Source: Pseudomonadota bacterium | GTDB lineage: Bacteria > Pseudomonadota > Alphaproteobacteria > Rickettsiales > UBA3002 | Length of the DNA: 64,000 nt | Assembly (NCBI GenBank): GCA_963205305.1 | Contig: CAUJIC010000021.1 | Coordinates: 1,527-65,526 of the forward strand | Reading direction: 5' to 3' | Shown: piece by piece, positions 9,185-18,709 of the stretch | How the letters are laid out: each line of letters starts with the position of its first letter | Position numbering within the stretch: the stretch's first letter is position 1 | Program-made: the position numbers and the translations under genes | The notes under the pieces: model-generated | What the model saw: the letters and a program-made list of their open reading frames with translations, nothing else | What the model was told of the DNA's origin: nothing | Database searches by the model: none

Positions 9185-10465
9185 CTAGCGTTTGGTAAAC
9201 ACCACCGCAAAAAACCCATCCATACCGCCTTGCGCGGCCATGATTGCTGGGTGGGTACGTAAATAGCCTTCAGTGGTGAAACATTCGGCGGGGATGCCGC
9301 TGTTATCAGCTAGTTTCGTCATCATTGCATCCGCGCGTTGGCTAGCAAACCACACCGCCTGCTCCTCACCCTCTTCCGCCTCGAGCGAGCACACGCAATA
9401 GACCAACCGCCCGCCTGCTTTCAGCCAATCCCACGCGCGCAGCAGCAGCGCGCGTTGCAGGGTTACCATTTCAGCAATGTCCACCTCGCTCACTAACTGT
9501 ACCACCTCGGGGTGGCGGCGCCATGTGCCTGTCGCGGTGCAGGGAGCATCGAGCAATATCGCGTCATAGGCGCGGCTGGGCTGCCACGCGAAGGCATCGG
9601 CCACAATGGTGTTGGCCTGCATGTTCATGCGTTTAAGGTTTTCTTTCACCTTCTTCATCCGCGCGGGCGACTTATCAATCGCCGTGACGAACGCGCCCGC
9701 CTGAATCAGCTGCATGGTTTTGCCCCCAGGGGCGGCGCAGATATCGAGCACCTGAAAATCTTTCACATCGCCCAGCAAGCGCACGGGGTAACTCGCCGCA
9801 ACATCCTGCACGAAAAAGGCACCCGCATCATAACCCGCGAGTTGTTCGACTGGCAGGTGTGAGCCCGTAAAGCGCACCATCTGCGCGTCGAGGCGTGCGG
9901 CTCCCTCCAGCTCCACCGCACTTTGAATATCGAGCGGTGCGCGTTGGCTGGTCACCTGCGCCATCGTCGCCACCTTATCCGCGCCATAGCGCTGCTCCCA
10001 ACGGCCGCGCAGCCACTCGGGAATATTTTGCGTGGGTGCAGGCAGCGCTGGCTTCTCGCGCCCAATTTTTTGTAGCACGGCGTTGACGAGCCCCGCAAAG
10101 CCCGCATCCTTACCCGTTTTCACCAATGCCACGGTTTCGTTCACCGCTGCGTGGGCAGGCGTATCGAGTAGCAATAGTTGCACCACACCAAGGCGCAGCG
10201 CATTGGTCACCGCGAGGCGCTTGGGCGGCAATTTTTTATCTAAAAACGGCGCGATCACCGCATCCAACTGGCCGAGATGTTGCAGCACCGTCAGCACCAA
10301 CAACATCGAAAAACGTTGATCAGCCTCGGCACCAAACAGCGGCTGCTTGGCCACTGCCTCGTCCACATTCAGCCGTTCGCCCAGCACCTGCCCTAGCAGT
10401 GCGTGTGCCTGCGCGCGGGCGGTGGGGATGATTTTTGAGGATTTTTGCGGTGCAGATTTTTTCAT
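9185..10465 (-). CDS. rsmB: 16S rRNA m5C methyltransferase (RsmB/Sun family)
   Basis: 426 aa. NusB-like N-terminus, then FFVQDVAAS, LDICAAPGGKT and ILLDAPCTATGTWRRHPE. Confidence 0.8.
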   Translation of the reverse strand: MKKSAPQKSSKIIPTARAQAHALLGQVLGERLNVDEAVAKQPLFGAEADQRFSMLLVLTVLQHLGQLDAVIAPFLDKKLPPKRLAVTNALRLGVVQLLLLDTPAHAAVNETVALVKTGKDAGFAGLVNAVLQKIGREKPALPAPTQNIPEWLRGRWEQRYGADKVATMAQVTSQRAPLDIQSAVELEGAARLDAQMVRFTGSHLPVEQLAGYDAGAFFVQDVAASYPVRLLGDVKDFQVLDICAAPGGKTMQLIQAGAFVTAIDKSPARMKKVKENLKRMNMQANTIVADAFAWQPSRAYDAILLDAPCTATGTWRRHPEVVQLVSEVDIAEMVTLQRALLLRAWDWLKAGGRLVYCVCSLEAEEGEEQAVWFASQRADAMMTKLADNSGIPAECFTTEGYLRTHPAIMAAQGGMDGFFAVVFTKR

Positions 10466-10528
10466 TCCTCGCTATTGCCAGCTAAACCGCCCACTTGCAA
10501 CCGCCGAGGCGCTAGCTATACTGCGCCC

Positions 10529-10684
10529 ATGCCCGATACAAAACCAACCACACTACCTGAAACTAACCTCGCCCCTGAAACCGAGGCTGAGCAATCTTTG
10601 CCAACAGAAACACCCGCCCGCCCGCGGCTTGACCCCACACGCTATGGCGACTGGGAACTGAATGGCAAGTGCGTGGATTTCTAG
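10529..10684 (+). CDS. DUF1674 / SDHAF4-like small protein
   Basis: The C-terminal PTRYGDWELNGKCVDF is the DUF1674 signature. ATG at 10529 chosen inside ORF 10445-10684. Confidence 0.65.
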   Translation: MPDTKPTTLPETNLAPETEAEQSLPTETPARPRLDPTRYGDWELNGKCVDF

Positions 10685-10902
10685 CGTCACTGCGCCTTAC
10701 CGCACGAAAAACCCCACATGACACCGTTTATGGCGCTTTTCGAGCACGGCAAATCAACCGAAAGCGGATAAAACATTATTTTTATGTTGAATGTTTTTAT
10801 TAACATTTTTTAATGAACCTGCGCAAAAACTGTAATAAAACCTTCACATTCCTAGGCTCCTGACTGTGTTAGATTAAAGATGGAATATTCTTAAGGAGCA
10901 GT

Positions 10903-12009
10903 GTGACTAAGGCCATAACAGAAGAAAAGAGCATGATCCAGCCATCGACAACAGACAATTCTGTATCGGGACGGCATTCGTCTGCGCCAGATGAGGATAC
11001 AACTGTGGAATCACATGACCATTCATGGAAAAAACAAGACGTCATCCGCGAAGGATTCAAAAATAAAACCCGAGGCGAGGCGTGGTTTAACGGTTTCTCG
11101 TATGTAGGAATTGGCTACGGCTTGGTAACCGCCACCTCGGTTTTCATGACATGGCTACTGAACGATACGAAAAAATTTTCGGGAACCTACGGCGCGTTCG
11201 CCAAAAGTGCGACCAGCAAGCTAGGACTTCACAGCTCCTTCGCCAATATTGCCGCCTTGTTCTTAGGTGGCACAATCGCATCGGTTCTTCCAGTCAAATG
11301 GCTAGAGGATAAGAAGCCCCAGATTGTCAAACGCCTAGATCGCATGCTCTACAGCGATGCCGAATTGAACGACCCTAAAATGATTGCCGCGCATAAAGAG
11401 CTCGACGATATGCCAAAGCAAACATGGGCATCTGTCTTCAGTTCACGTGTCGTTGCATTTGGCGCGACACTGAGTGTTTTTTTGCTCATGGGATCCAACA
11501 AAAGCCCTCTTGCCAAACACACGGGCGAATCGATTGATAAGCGCTCCATTCAATTTGGGCGCTGGTTCGATAAACTCATCCATCGCGACAACCCAGAAAT
11601 CATCCAAGCGATTGAAGCCGCGCAAAAAACCAATCTAGCAAAAATGTCGTCCGTTCACGGTGCCGATGCATTAAAGGGTCTTGAGGTAATACGCGATAAA
11701 GTGGGTGGTGACCGTATCACAAGCCGCATTTGGAGTTATATCGGACTCGATGCCTTCTACACCGCCATCACCAGCTCTTCGTTGTTTGTCTTTACACGCA
11801 TCTTTGGTGGTTTGATTGGCAAAGCACCTGCAACCTCAACTAAAACCCATACCACCACACAATCCAATCCAATTTTACCGCCAGAAATTCATACAGCACC
11901 TGTGCCAGATGAACGAACGGCGTCATACGCCCCCAACGCTCAAATCACCTCCGCAACCCACCTGTCGCGCCTTGCTGCGCCAAGCCAAACACCCGAACTC
12001 ACCGCTTAG
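10903..12009 (+). CDS. Hypothetical multi-pass membrane protein with Pro/Thr-rich tail
   Basis: 368-aa ORF (GTG 10903, alternative ATG 10933) after an AT-rich intergenic region. About four hydrophobic helices. No motif recognised. Confidence 0.55.
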   Translation: MTKAITEEKSMIQPSTTDNSVSGRHSSAPDEDTTVESHDHSWKKQDVIREGFKNKTRGEAWFNGFSYVGIGYGLVTATSVFMTWLLNDTKKFSGTYGAFAKSATSKLGLHSSFANIAALFLGGTIASVLPVKWLEDKKPQIVKRLDRMLYSDAELNDPKMIAAHKELDDMPKQTWASVFSSRVVAFGATLSVFLLMGSNKSPLAKHTGESIDKRSIQFGRWFDKLIHRDNPEIIQAIEAAQKTNLAKMSSVHGADALKGLEVIRDKVGGDRITSRIWSYIGLDAFYTAITSSSLFVFTRIFGGLIGKAPATSTKTHTTTQSNPILPPEIHTAPVPDERTASYAPNAQITSATHLSRLAAPSQTPELTA

Positions 12010-12047
12010 ATTGCAGCGGCGATAAAATCTGCGTATAAGGGGTGGGT

Positions 12048-13841
12048 ATGATAAACACCCGCACACAACCATCCCTCAGTCGCGACTTCACGTTGCTGTC
12101 GCTGTTTATTGTTTTCATTCTCCTCATGGTGTCAGTCTGGGTCGCGGTCGAAACCTACAGCAGCTATGAAAAAGACATCATCAAGCAAATGGAAAGCGAG
12201 GCACTGCGCCTTGACCGCGGGCTGATTGTCGAAATCGAGAATGCTTCCTACATCCTCGAATCGGTTGGCCGCCAAATCCAATCCACCAACGACGAATCAG
12301 AAAACATCGCCCAACTCTTTTTCTCCTTCGCCAAAACAGAAGGCCCCAAACGGGCCATCTTCTCGTGGGCAAATAAAGAACAAATGATTACCGTCAGCAA
12401 TAATCTGGGCGTGCTTGATAAGCCGATTGATGTTTCCGACCGCGACTATGTGAAGAAAGCCATCGCTGAGCCGTGGAAGGTCCATATTGGGCGCCCCATC
12501 CAGGGCCGCTTATCGCATACATGGATTCTGCCGCTCAGCCTTGGCCTGACCGATAAAAGCGGTACCTATCTTGGTTCGGTGATCGTGGCGCTCGATACGG
12601 AAGCACTCGGCAACGATATCAGCCGCAGCATGAAGGATACGGGCATCCATTTTGCCATCACCAACCTCTCCTTTTCGTTGCTCACCCAGTCCCCTGCCGC
12701 TGAAAAGTTTTTTAACGAGAATTTTGATACCGAGCGCCTCAGTGCTATTGATTTTTCAAAGGGTGCGGCGGGGCGTTACTCCAGCGCATCGCTGTGGGGT
12801 AAGAAACAAATCTACTCGTATTACGAACGCTCGACGCAATATCCCTACATTATTTTTCTTGGGCTGGATAATGAGCAAAGCGCGAGAGATTTACGAAAAA
12901 TGCTGTTCCCGCGGCTGTTCCAGCTTTTTGCTATCGCCGTATTCTTACTGTTCATCCTGTGGATGGTGCGCAAGCGCATTATCCAACCCGTGATAGCGCT
13001 TACCGAGCACACAGCCACCATTGTGCGCGGCGAAAAATTCAATGCCGACCAGACACGCGGGCCAATGGAAATTGAACAGCTCGCCCACGAAATTAAGCGC
13101 CTATACGACTATATCGAGGAGCGCCGAAGGATAGAGGCCGAGCTGCGCTTGAAGAACGCCGAGTTATCACGCGTGAAGGAAGCCGCACAAGTGACCAACC
13201 AAGTAAAGGCCGACTTTTTTGCCTATGTCGGACAGGAACTCACCGAGCCTGTCGAAAACATTCTCCAGCAAATCGAAACGCTGAAGGACCAACTATACGG
13301 CCCCATCGGTAGCCCTAAATATCTCAGTCACGCGTCTTCAATTCACGATCAGGCGCATCAGCTGATCGCGATGCTCGAGGATATTAAATCTATCTCGAAG
13401 GCTGAAACTGGCCTGCTGGCACTCAACGAAAGCGATATCGACCTTGCCTTCGTGCTGCAAAAAACCATCCGCATTTTCCGCGATAAACAGTCTCCCGCGA
13501 TTGATGTGCATCTGGATATCAGTAGTGGCCTACCCCATGTGCGTGGCGATGAGTTGCGGGTGAAACAACTCGTGCTTAATATCCTCGGCTCCATCAGCCA
13601 CCAGATAGGCGGTGGTGATTCCATCCGCATTACCTCAAGCCTAAAAGCGCAGGAACTATCGCTCAGCTTTTCGTATACGGGCAACAGTAGTCCAATCAGC
13701 GCTAACCGTAGCAAGCAAGGTCTCGACCTCGCACTCGCACGTCTACTGATTGCGCTTCACCAAGGCACGCTGGAAATGAAAACCACGGCCGAACGCGTGA
13801 GTGTGATTACCGTGAAATTCCCTGCATTGCGGGTGTTATAA
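12048..13841 (+). CDS. Membrane sensor histidine-kinase-like protein, predicted catalytically degenerate
   Basis: ATG 12048 lies 5 nt after AAGGGG. Two TM segments flank a roughly 250-aa periplasmic domain. The HisKA-like box reads KADFFAYVGQELTEPVENI (Gln where His is expected). The HATPase-like end has LVLNILGSISHQ, YTGNSS and QGLDLALA in place of the N, G1 and G2 boxes. Confidence 0.75.
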   Translation: MINTRTQPSLSRDFTLLSLFIVFILLMVSVWVAVETYSSYEKDIIKQMESEALRLDRGLIVEIENASYILESVGRQIQSTNDESENIAQLFFSFAKTEGPKRAIFSWANKEQMITVSNNLGVLDKPIDVSDRDYVKKAIAEPWKVHIGRPIQGRLSHTWILPLSLGLTDKSGTYLGSVIVALDTEALGNDISRSMKDTGIHFAITNLSFSLLTQSPAAEKFFNENFDTERLSAIDFSKGAAGRYSSASLWGKKQIYSYYERSTQYPYIIFLGLDNEQSARDLRKMLFPRLFQLFAIAVFLLFILWMVRKRIIQPVIALTEHTATIVRGEKFNADQTRGPMEIEQLAHEIKRLYDYIEERRRIEAELRLKNAELSRVKEAAQVTNQVKADFFAYVGQELTEPVENILQQIETLKDQLYGPIGSPKYLSHASSIHDQAHQLIAMLEDIKSISKAETGLLALNESDIDLAFVLQKTIRIFRDKQSPAIDVHLDISSGLPHVRGDELRVKQLVLNILGSISHQIGGGDSIRITSSLKAQELSLSFSYTGNSSPISANRSKQGLDLALARLLIALHQGTLEMKTTAERVSVITVKFPALRVL

Positions 13842-13874
13842 GGCAAGCGCGCCCGCGCGCCTTGGCCAGCGAAA

Positions 13875-16109
13875 CTAACCGTTGAATTTATTGGTGCGCG
13901 GAAAACCTGTAGGTGGCAAATGCCCAGCGCCTGCGCGGCTACCAAGCCATGCTTTAATGTCCGTTTCCGTACGCACGCGATCACCAATTTGCCAGTTCAG
14001 GCCATCTTTTTTCGTGAAACAGGTCGCATCCGCAAGGTGCGCACCTTTGTATTTTTGTAGCGCCACGCCCTGCCCGCGCTTCATTACAGGCACTTGGTCG
14101 ATCGGGAAGATGAGCATTTTACGGTTGGTGCCAATCACGGCAACATGGTCGCCCTCGGCCTCGGTACACACGTTGGCTTTACTGCCTTCCACCGTGTTGA
14201 GCACTTGCTTGCCGCCGCGCGTTTGCGCCAGCACATCCGCTTCCTCGACAATAAATCCCTTGCCGTTATCCGCCGCGAGCAGCAATTTGCGGGCAGGCTC
14301 GTGCACGAACAAATCCACAATATCTTGGTTATTATCGAGGTCGCACATCAGGCGCACGGGTTCGCCCTGCCCCTTGGCGCTTGGCAATTTATCACAAGGC
14401 AAGGTGAAGAATTTTCCATCGGTCGCGAACACCAATAATTTATCCGTCGTTTTTGCTTTCAGTTGGAACGCCGCGCCATCGCCCTCTTTGAAGGTGAGGT
14501 TCGGCAGTTCATCGTGGTGGCCTTTAAAGGCGCGAATCCACCCCAGCTTGCTGCACACCACCGTAATCGGTTCTTTCTCGATGAACGCTTCGGCGGAGAT
14601 ATTGATATTCGCAGGCGCTTCCGTCAGCTCGGTGCGGCGTGCCGCGAGGGATTTTTGTGCCGCAAATCGCTTCTTCACAGCCTTCACTTCTTCCGAAATC
14701 GCGCCCCAGCGCTCGTCATCGCTCTTGAGCAGCGCCAGCAGTGCTTTTTGTTCAGCCTTCAGTTCCTTGTGCTCGCGCTTCAGTTCCATTTCCTCGAGCT
14801 TACGCAATTGGCGCAAACGCATATTGAGGATGGATTCGGCCTGCAAATCGGTCAGGTCGAACGCTTCGATGAGTTCTTTCTTCGGCTCATCTTCCTCGCG
14901 GATGATGCGAATCACCTCATCAAGGTTGAGGAAGCAAGTGATGAAGCCCGACACAATCTCCAAGCGGCGCTTGATTTGCTCCAGCCGGTTGTTCGATTTA
15001 CGCACCAGCACTTCGTGGCGGTGGTTCAAGAATTCCTGCAACATCTCGCGCAGGTTCATCACACGCGGAATACCATCGGCACCCAGCACGTTCATGTTCA
15101 CGCCGTAGCGAATTTCGAGATCGGTCACACGGTAGAGTGACTCCATAAGAATCTCAGGGTCGACATTCTTCGATTTCGGCTCCAGCACCACGCGCACATT
15201 ACCGGTCGATTCATCTTGGATATTGGCCAGCAGCGGCAATTTCTTCTCGCGGAACAACTCGGCTATTTTCTCGATGAGCTTTGATTTTTGTACCTGATAC
15301 GGAATTTCCGTAATCACCACCTGCCACAGGCCATGGCTCAGCTGTTCCTTCTCCCACCGCGCACGCACACGCAAGCTGCCACGGCCATTGGTGTAGGTGT
15401 CGACGATTGTCTGGGTACTTTCCGAGATTAATCCACCAGTCGGGAAATCGGGGCCTTGCACAAAGCTCACCAGCTTTTCGATCGAGGCGTTCGGTGTTTT
15501 GATGAGGTAGACCAGCGCGTCGCACAGTTCCAAAATGTTATGCGGCGGAATGGCGCAGGCCATGCCCACGGCAATACCCTCGGCACCATTAGCCAACAAA
15601 TTGGGGAAGCCCGCAGGCATCACCACTGGCTCTTGTTCGGTGCCATCATAGGTGGGGCGGAAATCAACCGTGTCGTTGTCGAGTTCTTCCATCAGCAGAA
15701 TCGCCGCATCCGTCAGCTTGGCTTCGGTGTAACGCATGGCCGCTGCGTTATCGCCATCGATTGAACCAAAGTTCCCCTGACCATCGACCAGCGGATAACG
15801 CACGCTGAAGGTTTGGGCGAGGCGCACCATGGTGTCATAGACCGCCGTATCGCCATGCGGGTGGTATTTACCGATCACATCCCCCACCACGCGGGCGCAT
15901 TTTTTATAGCCCGAGGCAGGGTCGAGCTTCAGCTGCATCATGGCATAGAGCAAGCGGCGGTGCACCGGCTTCAGCCCATCGCGCACATCGGGTAGCGAGC
16001 GGGCAGTGATGGTGCTTAACGCATACGCCAAATAGCGCTCGCCAAGGGCATCCTTGAACGAGACGGTTTCAATCGGGTTCGCGTTAACTGGTGGTGCAGA
16101 TTTCGCCAT
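13875..16109 (-). CDS. parC: DNA topoisomerase IV subunit A
   Basis: 744 aa. Motifs LPDVRDGLKPVHRRLLY, KYHPHGDTAVYDTMVRLAQ and GQGNFGSIDGDNAAAMRYTE. The length and short C-terminal domain fit ParC rather than GyrA. Confidence 0.88.
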   Translation of the reverse strand: MAKSAPPVNANPIETVSFKDALGERYLAYALSTITARSLPDVRDGLKPVHRRLLYAMMQLKLDPASGYKKCARVVGDVIGKYHPHGDTAVYDTMVRLAQTFSVRYPLVDGQGNFGSIDGDNAAAMRYTEAKLTDAAILLMEELDNDTVDFRPTYDGTEQEPVVMPAGFPNLLANGAEGIAVGMACAIPPHNILELCDALVYLIKTPNASIEKLVSFVQGPDFPTGGLISESTQTIVDTYTNGRGSLRVRARWEKEQLSHGLWQVVITEIPYQVQKSKLIEKIAELFREKKLPLLANIQDESTGNVRVVLEPKSKNVDPEILMESLYRVTDLEIRYGVNMNVLGADGIPRVMNLREMLQEFLNHRHEVLVRKSNNRLEQIKRRLEIVSGFITCFLNLDEVIRIIREEDEPKKELIEAFDLTDLQAESILNMRLRQLRKLEEMELKREHKELKAEQKALLALLKSDDERWGAISEEVKAVKKRFAAQKSLAARRTELTEAPANINISAEAFIEKEPITVVCSKLGWIRAFKGHHDELPNLTFKEGDGAAFQLKAKTTDKLLVFATDGKFFTLPCDKLPSAKGQGEPVRLMCDLDNNQDIVDLFVHEPARKLLLAADNGKGFIVEEADVLAQTRGGKQVLNTVEGSKANVCTEAEGDHVAVIGTNRKMLIFPIDQVPVMKRGQGVALQKYKGAHLADATCFTKKDGLNWQIGDRVRTETDIKAWLGSRAGAGHLPPTGFPRTNKFNG

Positions 16110-16150
16110 AGGGGCGCGAAACTAGCGCAAACATTGGCGATTGCAAGGAT

Positions 16151-17281
16151 TTATCGGGGGCTGTACGCAGGGCGGCTGCGCAGGCCACGGTCTTGCACTT
16201 GCGGGGTTACTGCTGGAGTTGGAGCCAGACACTTCACATCGGCATGCGAGCCACCATCTTTACGTACCACCGTGAACTCGTTAGAAGTACCGCACACCTC
16301 TTTCAAACGGGCAACATCCAACGTGCCTGCCAAATTTGCCTCTGCAGCGCTGACAGCTTGTAACTTCACTTCGTTGCCTTCCCACTTCAGGCGGGCAGCA
16401 TTCTGGTTCAAACCCGCACCCGCAACCACGGCATCCAGCTCTTGCGAGGTAAATTTACCAATCTTCTCGGGCTGTGTCGAAATTTGTGGTTCGTTGGCAA
16501 GCGCTGGCTGATTGCCATCGATACTACGACCATTGCCAACGCGCGGAGAGCTTGGCGCGCCATGATCATCCGATTTACCATTAATCCAACCACCAAGTTT
16601 ATTTGCACCTATCATGGCGCCACCGATGGCAAAGGCCACTTTGAGTAGCGTGCCCATGAGGCCACCGCCAAAGAGGTTGCCCAGGAGACCACCCAAAAAC
16701 AGACCAAGTCCACCGCCGCCAACGAGGCCGAGGATGTTACCAATCGAGCCGCCCTTGAAGAAATCACCAAAGCTGAATCCGCCGCCCTGTTCCTGTGTAC
16801 CGCCGAACTTTTGGTTCTCATCGGCCACAAAATTATAATCTGCAGGCACCGAAAGCCCCGCAAATCGGAGTACAGTTGGCACATAGGCCTTAGTCTCATT
16901 CGGCCATTTTTCGTACTGCGATTTATATTTATCAATATGGGCAGGGTTACAGTTATAGGCAGCGACTGCCAGCCCAATGTTATTATCAAACCGCTTCAGG
17001 TTATCGCGTAACAAGCGCGCAGCTCCATCGGCCGCTTGCTCAGGATTAAATGGGTCAATACCGTAGGCTTTTGCGGTAGCAGGCGTGAATTGAAACAAGC
17101 CCTTCGCACCTTTTGGGGAAACAGCCTTCGAGTCGCCAGAAGATTCCACCTGCATCACAGCGGCAAGAATGCCTGCTGGCAAGCCATACTGTTTTTCTTT
17201 TTCCGACAATTTAAGGCTCTGCGCCCAGTCGATAACATCGGCAGATAAATTGTCTTTGCTTGGTGTACGCTTAATGCTCAT
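16151..17281 (-). CDS. Lytic transglycosylase (SLT domain) with glycine-zipper segment
   Basis: 376 aa. SLT motifs AVMQVESSGD and GLFQFTPATAKAYG. A Gly-rich hydrophobic stretch (GNILGLVGGGGLGLFLGGLLGNLFGGGLMG...) is followed by a C-terminal region I could not assign. Confidence 0.75.
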   Translation of the reverse strand: MSIKRTPSKDNLSADVIDWAQSLKLSEKEKQYGLPAGILAAVMQVESSGDSKAVSPKGAKGLFQFTPATAKAYGIDPFNPEQAADGAARLLRDNLKRFDNNIGLAVAAYNCNPAHIDKYKSQYEKWPNETKAYVPTVLRFAGLSVPADYNFVADENQKFGGTQEQGGGFSFGDFFKGGSIGNILGLVGGGGLGLFLGGLLGNLFGGGLMGTLLKVAFAIGGAMIGANKLGGWINGKSDDHGAPSSPRVGNGRSIDGNQPALANEPQISTQPEKIGKFTSQELDAVVAGAGLNQNAARLKWEGNEVKLQAVSAAEANLAGTLDVARLKEVCGTSNEFTVVRKDGGSHADVKCLAPTPAVTPQVQDRGLRSRPAYSPR

Positions 17282-17360
17282 AATACCTCTACCTTGGATA
17301 ATAGCATAATCAGCCCCAAGTAATGTGACAGTTCTGTGAAGATTTGGCCGTTACCGCCTG

Positions 17361-18104
17361 TTAGGCCGATTTGCGCGCCAAAAGCCCTATAAAATGCGCC
17401 CTGAGGGCGGGCGGCTTGCGGTGCAGGGCGGGTAGCAGGCGCGATTCAAGGAAATGGCCCGTCAGCGCCACCCCCTGCCCCACTTCGGCGAGGGAATCAG
17501 GCAAGTGGCTGTTATCTTTGATAAATTCTGGAAGTACCAGCATGCGGTCATGGTAGGGCTCGCCCGCCGCTTGGGTAACGGCACGGCCCGATTTAGGCGA
17601 CACATAATTCAGTGCATCCGTCGTCCCCGTGGCGGCGCAACTGGTTAAATCCAGCCCAAAACCCGCCAATTCCAGCAGCGCCAGCTCCAGCCGCACATAT
17701 TCGGCGAGCCACACCAATTGCTCCACATCCGCCGCGACATGTTGAAGGAAATTCACGAGCTGGGCATAAAGCTCGGGGTGGGCGTCGCGCTCGGCGAGGC
17801 TGGTGGCCACCATGCCCATCACGCTGCCCACGGCGGAAAGTTTCAAGGGGTCGTGCATCACCCGCGCGGCGAAGCTGTGTTTAGCCTCAAGCGTGATGGT
17901 GCCCATATGCTCGGGCATCCGCGCTTTCCAATTCACCTCGACAAGCGTTGCGGGCTGCACATCCGCGCGGTTTTTGCTGGTCAGTGCACGCTTCATCACC
18001 CCGCGCACCAGCCCATGCTCAGGCGTGAACACCTGCACAATGGCATCATGATCGCCGAATTTATCGATCGCGAGAATCAGGGCTTCATCGGTGAAGTGGA
18101 GCAT
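17361..18104 (-). CDS. recO: DNA repair protein RecO
   Basis: 247 aa. N-terminal OB-fold pattern (EALILAIDKFGDHDAIVQVFTPEHGLVRGVMK) and position downstream of era. Confidence 0.8.
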   Translation of the reverse strand: MLHFTDEALILAIDKFGDHDAIVQVFTPEHGLVRGVMKRALTSKNRADVQPATLVEVNWKARMPEHMGTITLEAKHSFAARVMHDPLKLSAVGSVMGMVATSLAERDAHPELYAQLVNFLQHVAADVEQLVWLAEYVRLELALLELAGFGLDLTSCAATGTTDALNYVSPKSGRAVTQAAGEPYHDRMLVLPEFIKDNSHLPDSLAEVGQGVALTGHFLESRLLPALHRKPPALRAHFIGLLARKSA

Positions 18105-18129
18105 GGCGCGAGGCTAGCACAAGCAGGCA

Positions 18130-18333
18130 CTAAACAGCGAGGCCTTTTTCGCGCAGCAGCACAAGGAAATAATCCCGTGCGGGGGATGGTTTTTCTGGTT
18201 CAGCGGCAAATACATCGCGGCAATGGGGGTTACAAAAACCAACCACAGCGCCACGGAACATCGTCAGCCCATCAGCCGTAACAGGCTTGCCAGAATTAGG
18301 ACAATAGCGGTTGAGTGAATGATGAATCGCCAT
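18130..18333 (-). CDS. Small Cys-containing hypothetical protein
   Basis: 67 aa with RYCPNSGKPV...VGFCNPHCRDVF, a possible metal-binding knuckle. Its ATG lies 2 nt after a relic era stop codon. Confidence 0.5.
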   Translation of the reverse strand: MAIHHSLNRYCPNSGKPVTADGLTMFRGAVVGFCNPHCRDVFAAEPEKPSPARDYFLVLLREKGLAV

Positions 18334-18339
18334 GGCTAC

Positions 18340-18386
18340 TTCTTCCCAAACTCCAACCCCAAATAGCTATAGGCCTCGGGTTTGTC
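18340..18386. repeat. 47-bp copy A of the era 3' end (relic)
   Basis: Matches 18713-18759 at 45 of 47 positions, offset 373 bp. On the minus strand it reads DKPEAYSYLGLEFGKK-stop. Confidence 0.9.
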
Positions 18387-18469
18387 ATAAAACTGTCATT
18401 AGCAAATTCTAGAAATACCATACAATAGCATATACATGCATCAATCACAAAATCACTGAGGAGCAAACT

Positions 18470-18709
18470 ATGTCAAAAATCACTGCACTGTTGAACGCTG
18501 CCGAAGAGGGGTTTCTTACCCCATTTAGAATGATGCGTCATCCTATCACGGAAACAAGAAAGCTGCTCGGCACCCATAAAGCTGCTACTCCTTCAGCCGC
18601 TTCCACGGAAGATGGCGCTATTGATTTTGTAGGCAATGTTGCAGGGCAACGGAAGATTGATTGGGTGCAAACCCATGGCAGCGATAAATCCAGGGATATC
18701 GGCCGTTAG
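18470..18709 (+). CDS. Hypothetical 79-aa protein inside the era-proximal insert
   Basis: ATG lies 7 nt after GAGGAG. No motif recognised. Its stop codon overlaps the era stop on the opposite strand. Confidence 0.5.
   Translation: MSKITALLNAAEEGFLTPFRMMRHPITETRKLLGTHKAATPSAASTEDGAIDFVGNVAGQRKIDWVQTHGSDKSRDIGR

Noticed and set aside
10800-10814. TTAA-N6-TTAA upstream of the 368-aa membrane protein gene
   Set aside because: Spacing is one base short of the CtrA consensus. Read as N7, the second half-site is TAAT, which has two mismatches.
13882-15108. 408-aa + strand ORF
   Set aside because: It lies entirely antisense to parC. The product is Ser/Cys/Ala-rich with low complexity. It occupies the frame where stops are rare opposite a GC3-rich gene, so it is a shadow ORF.
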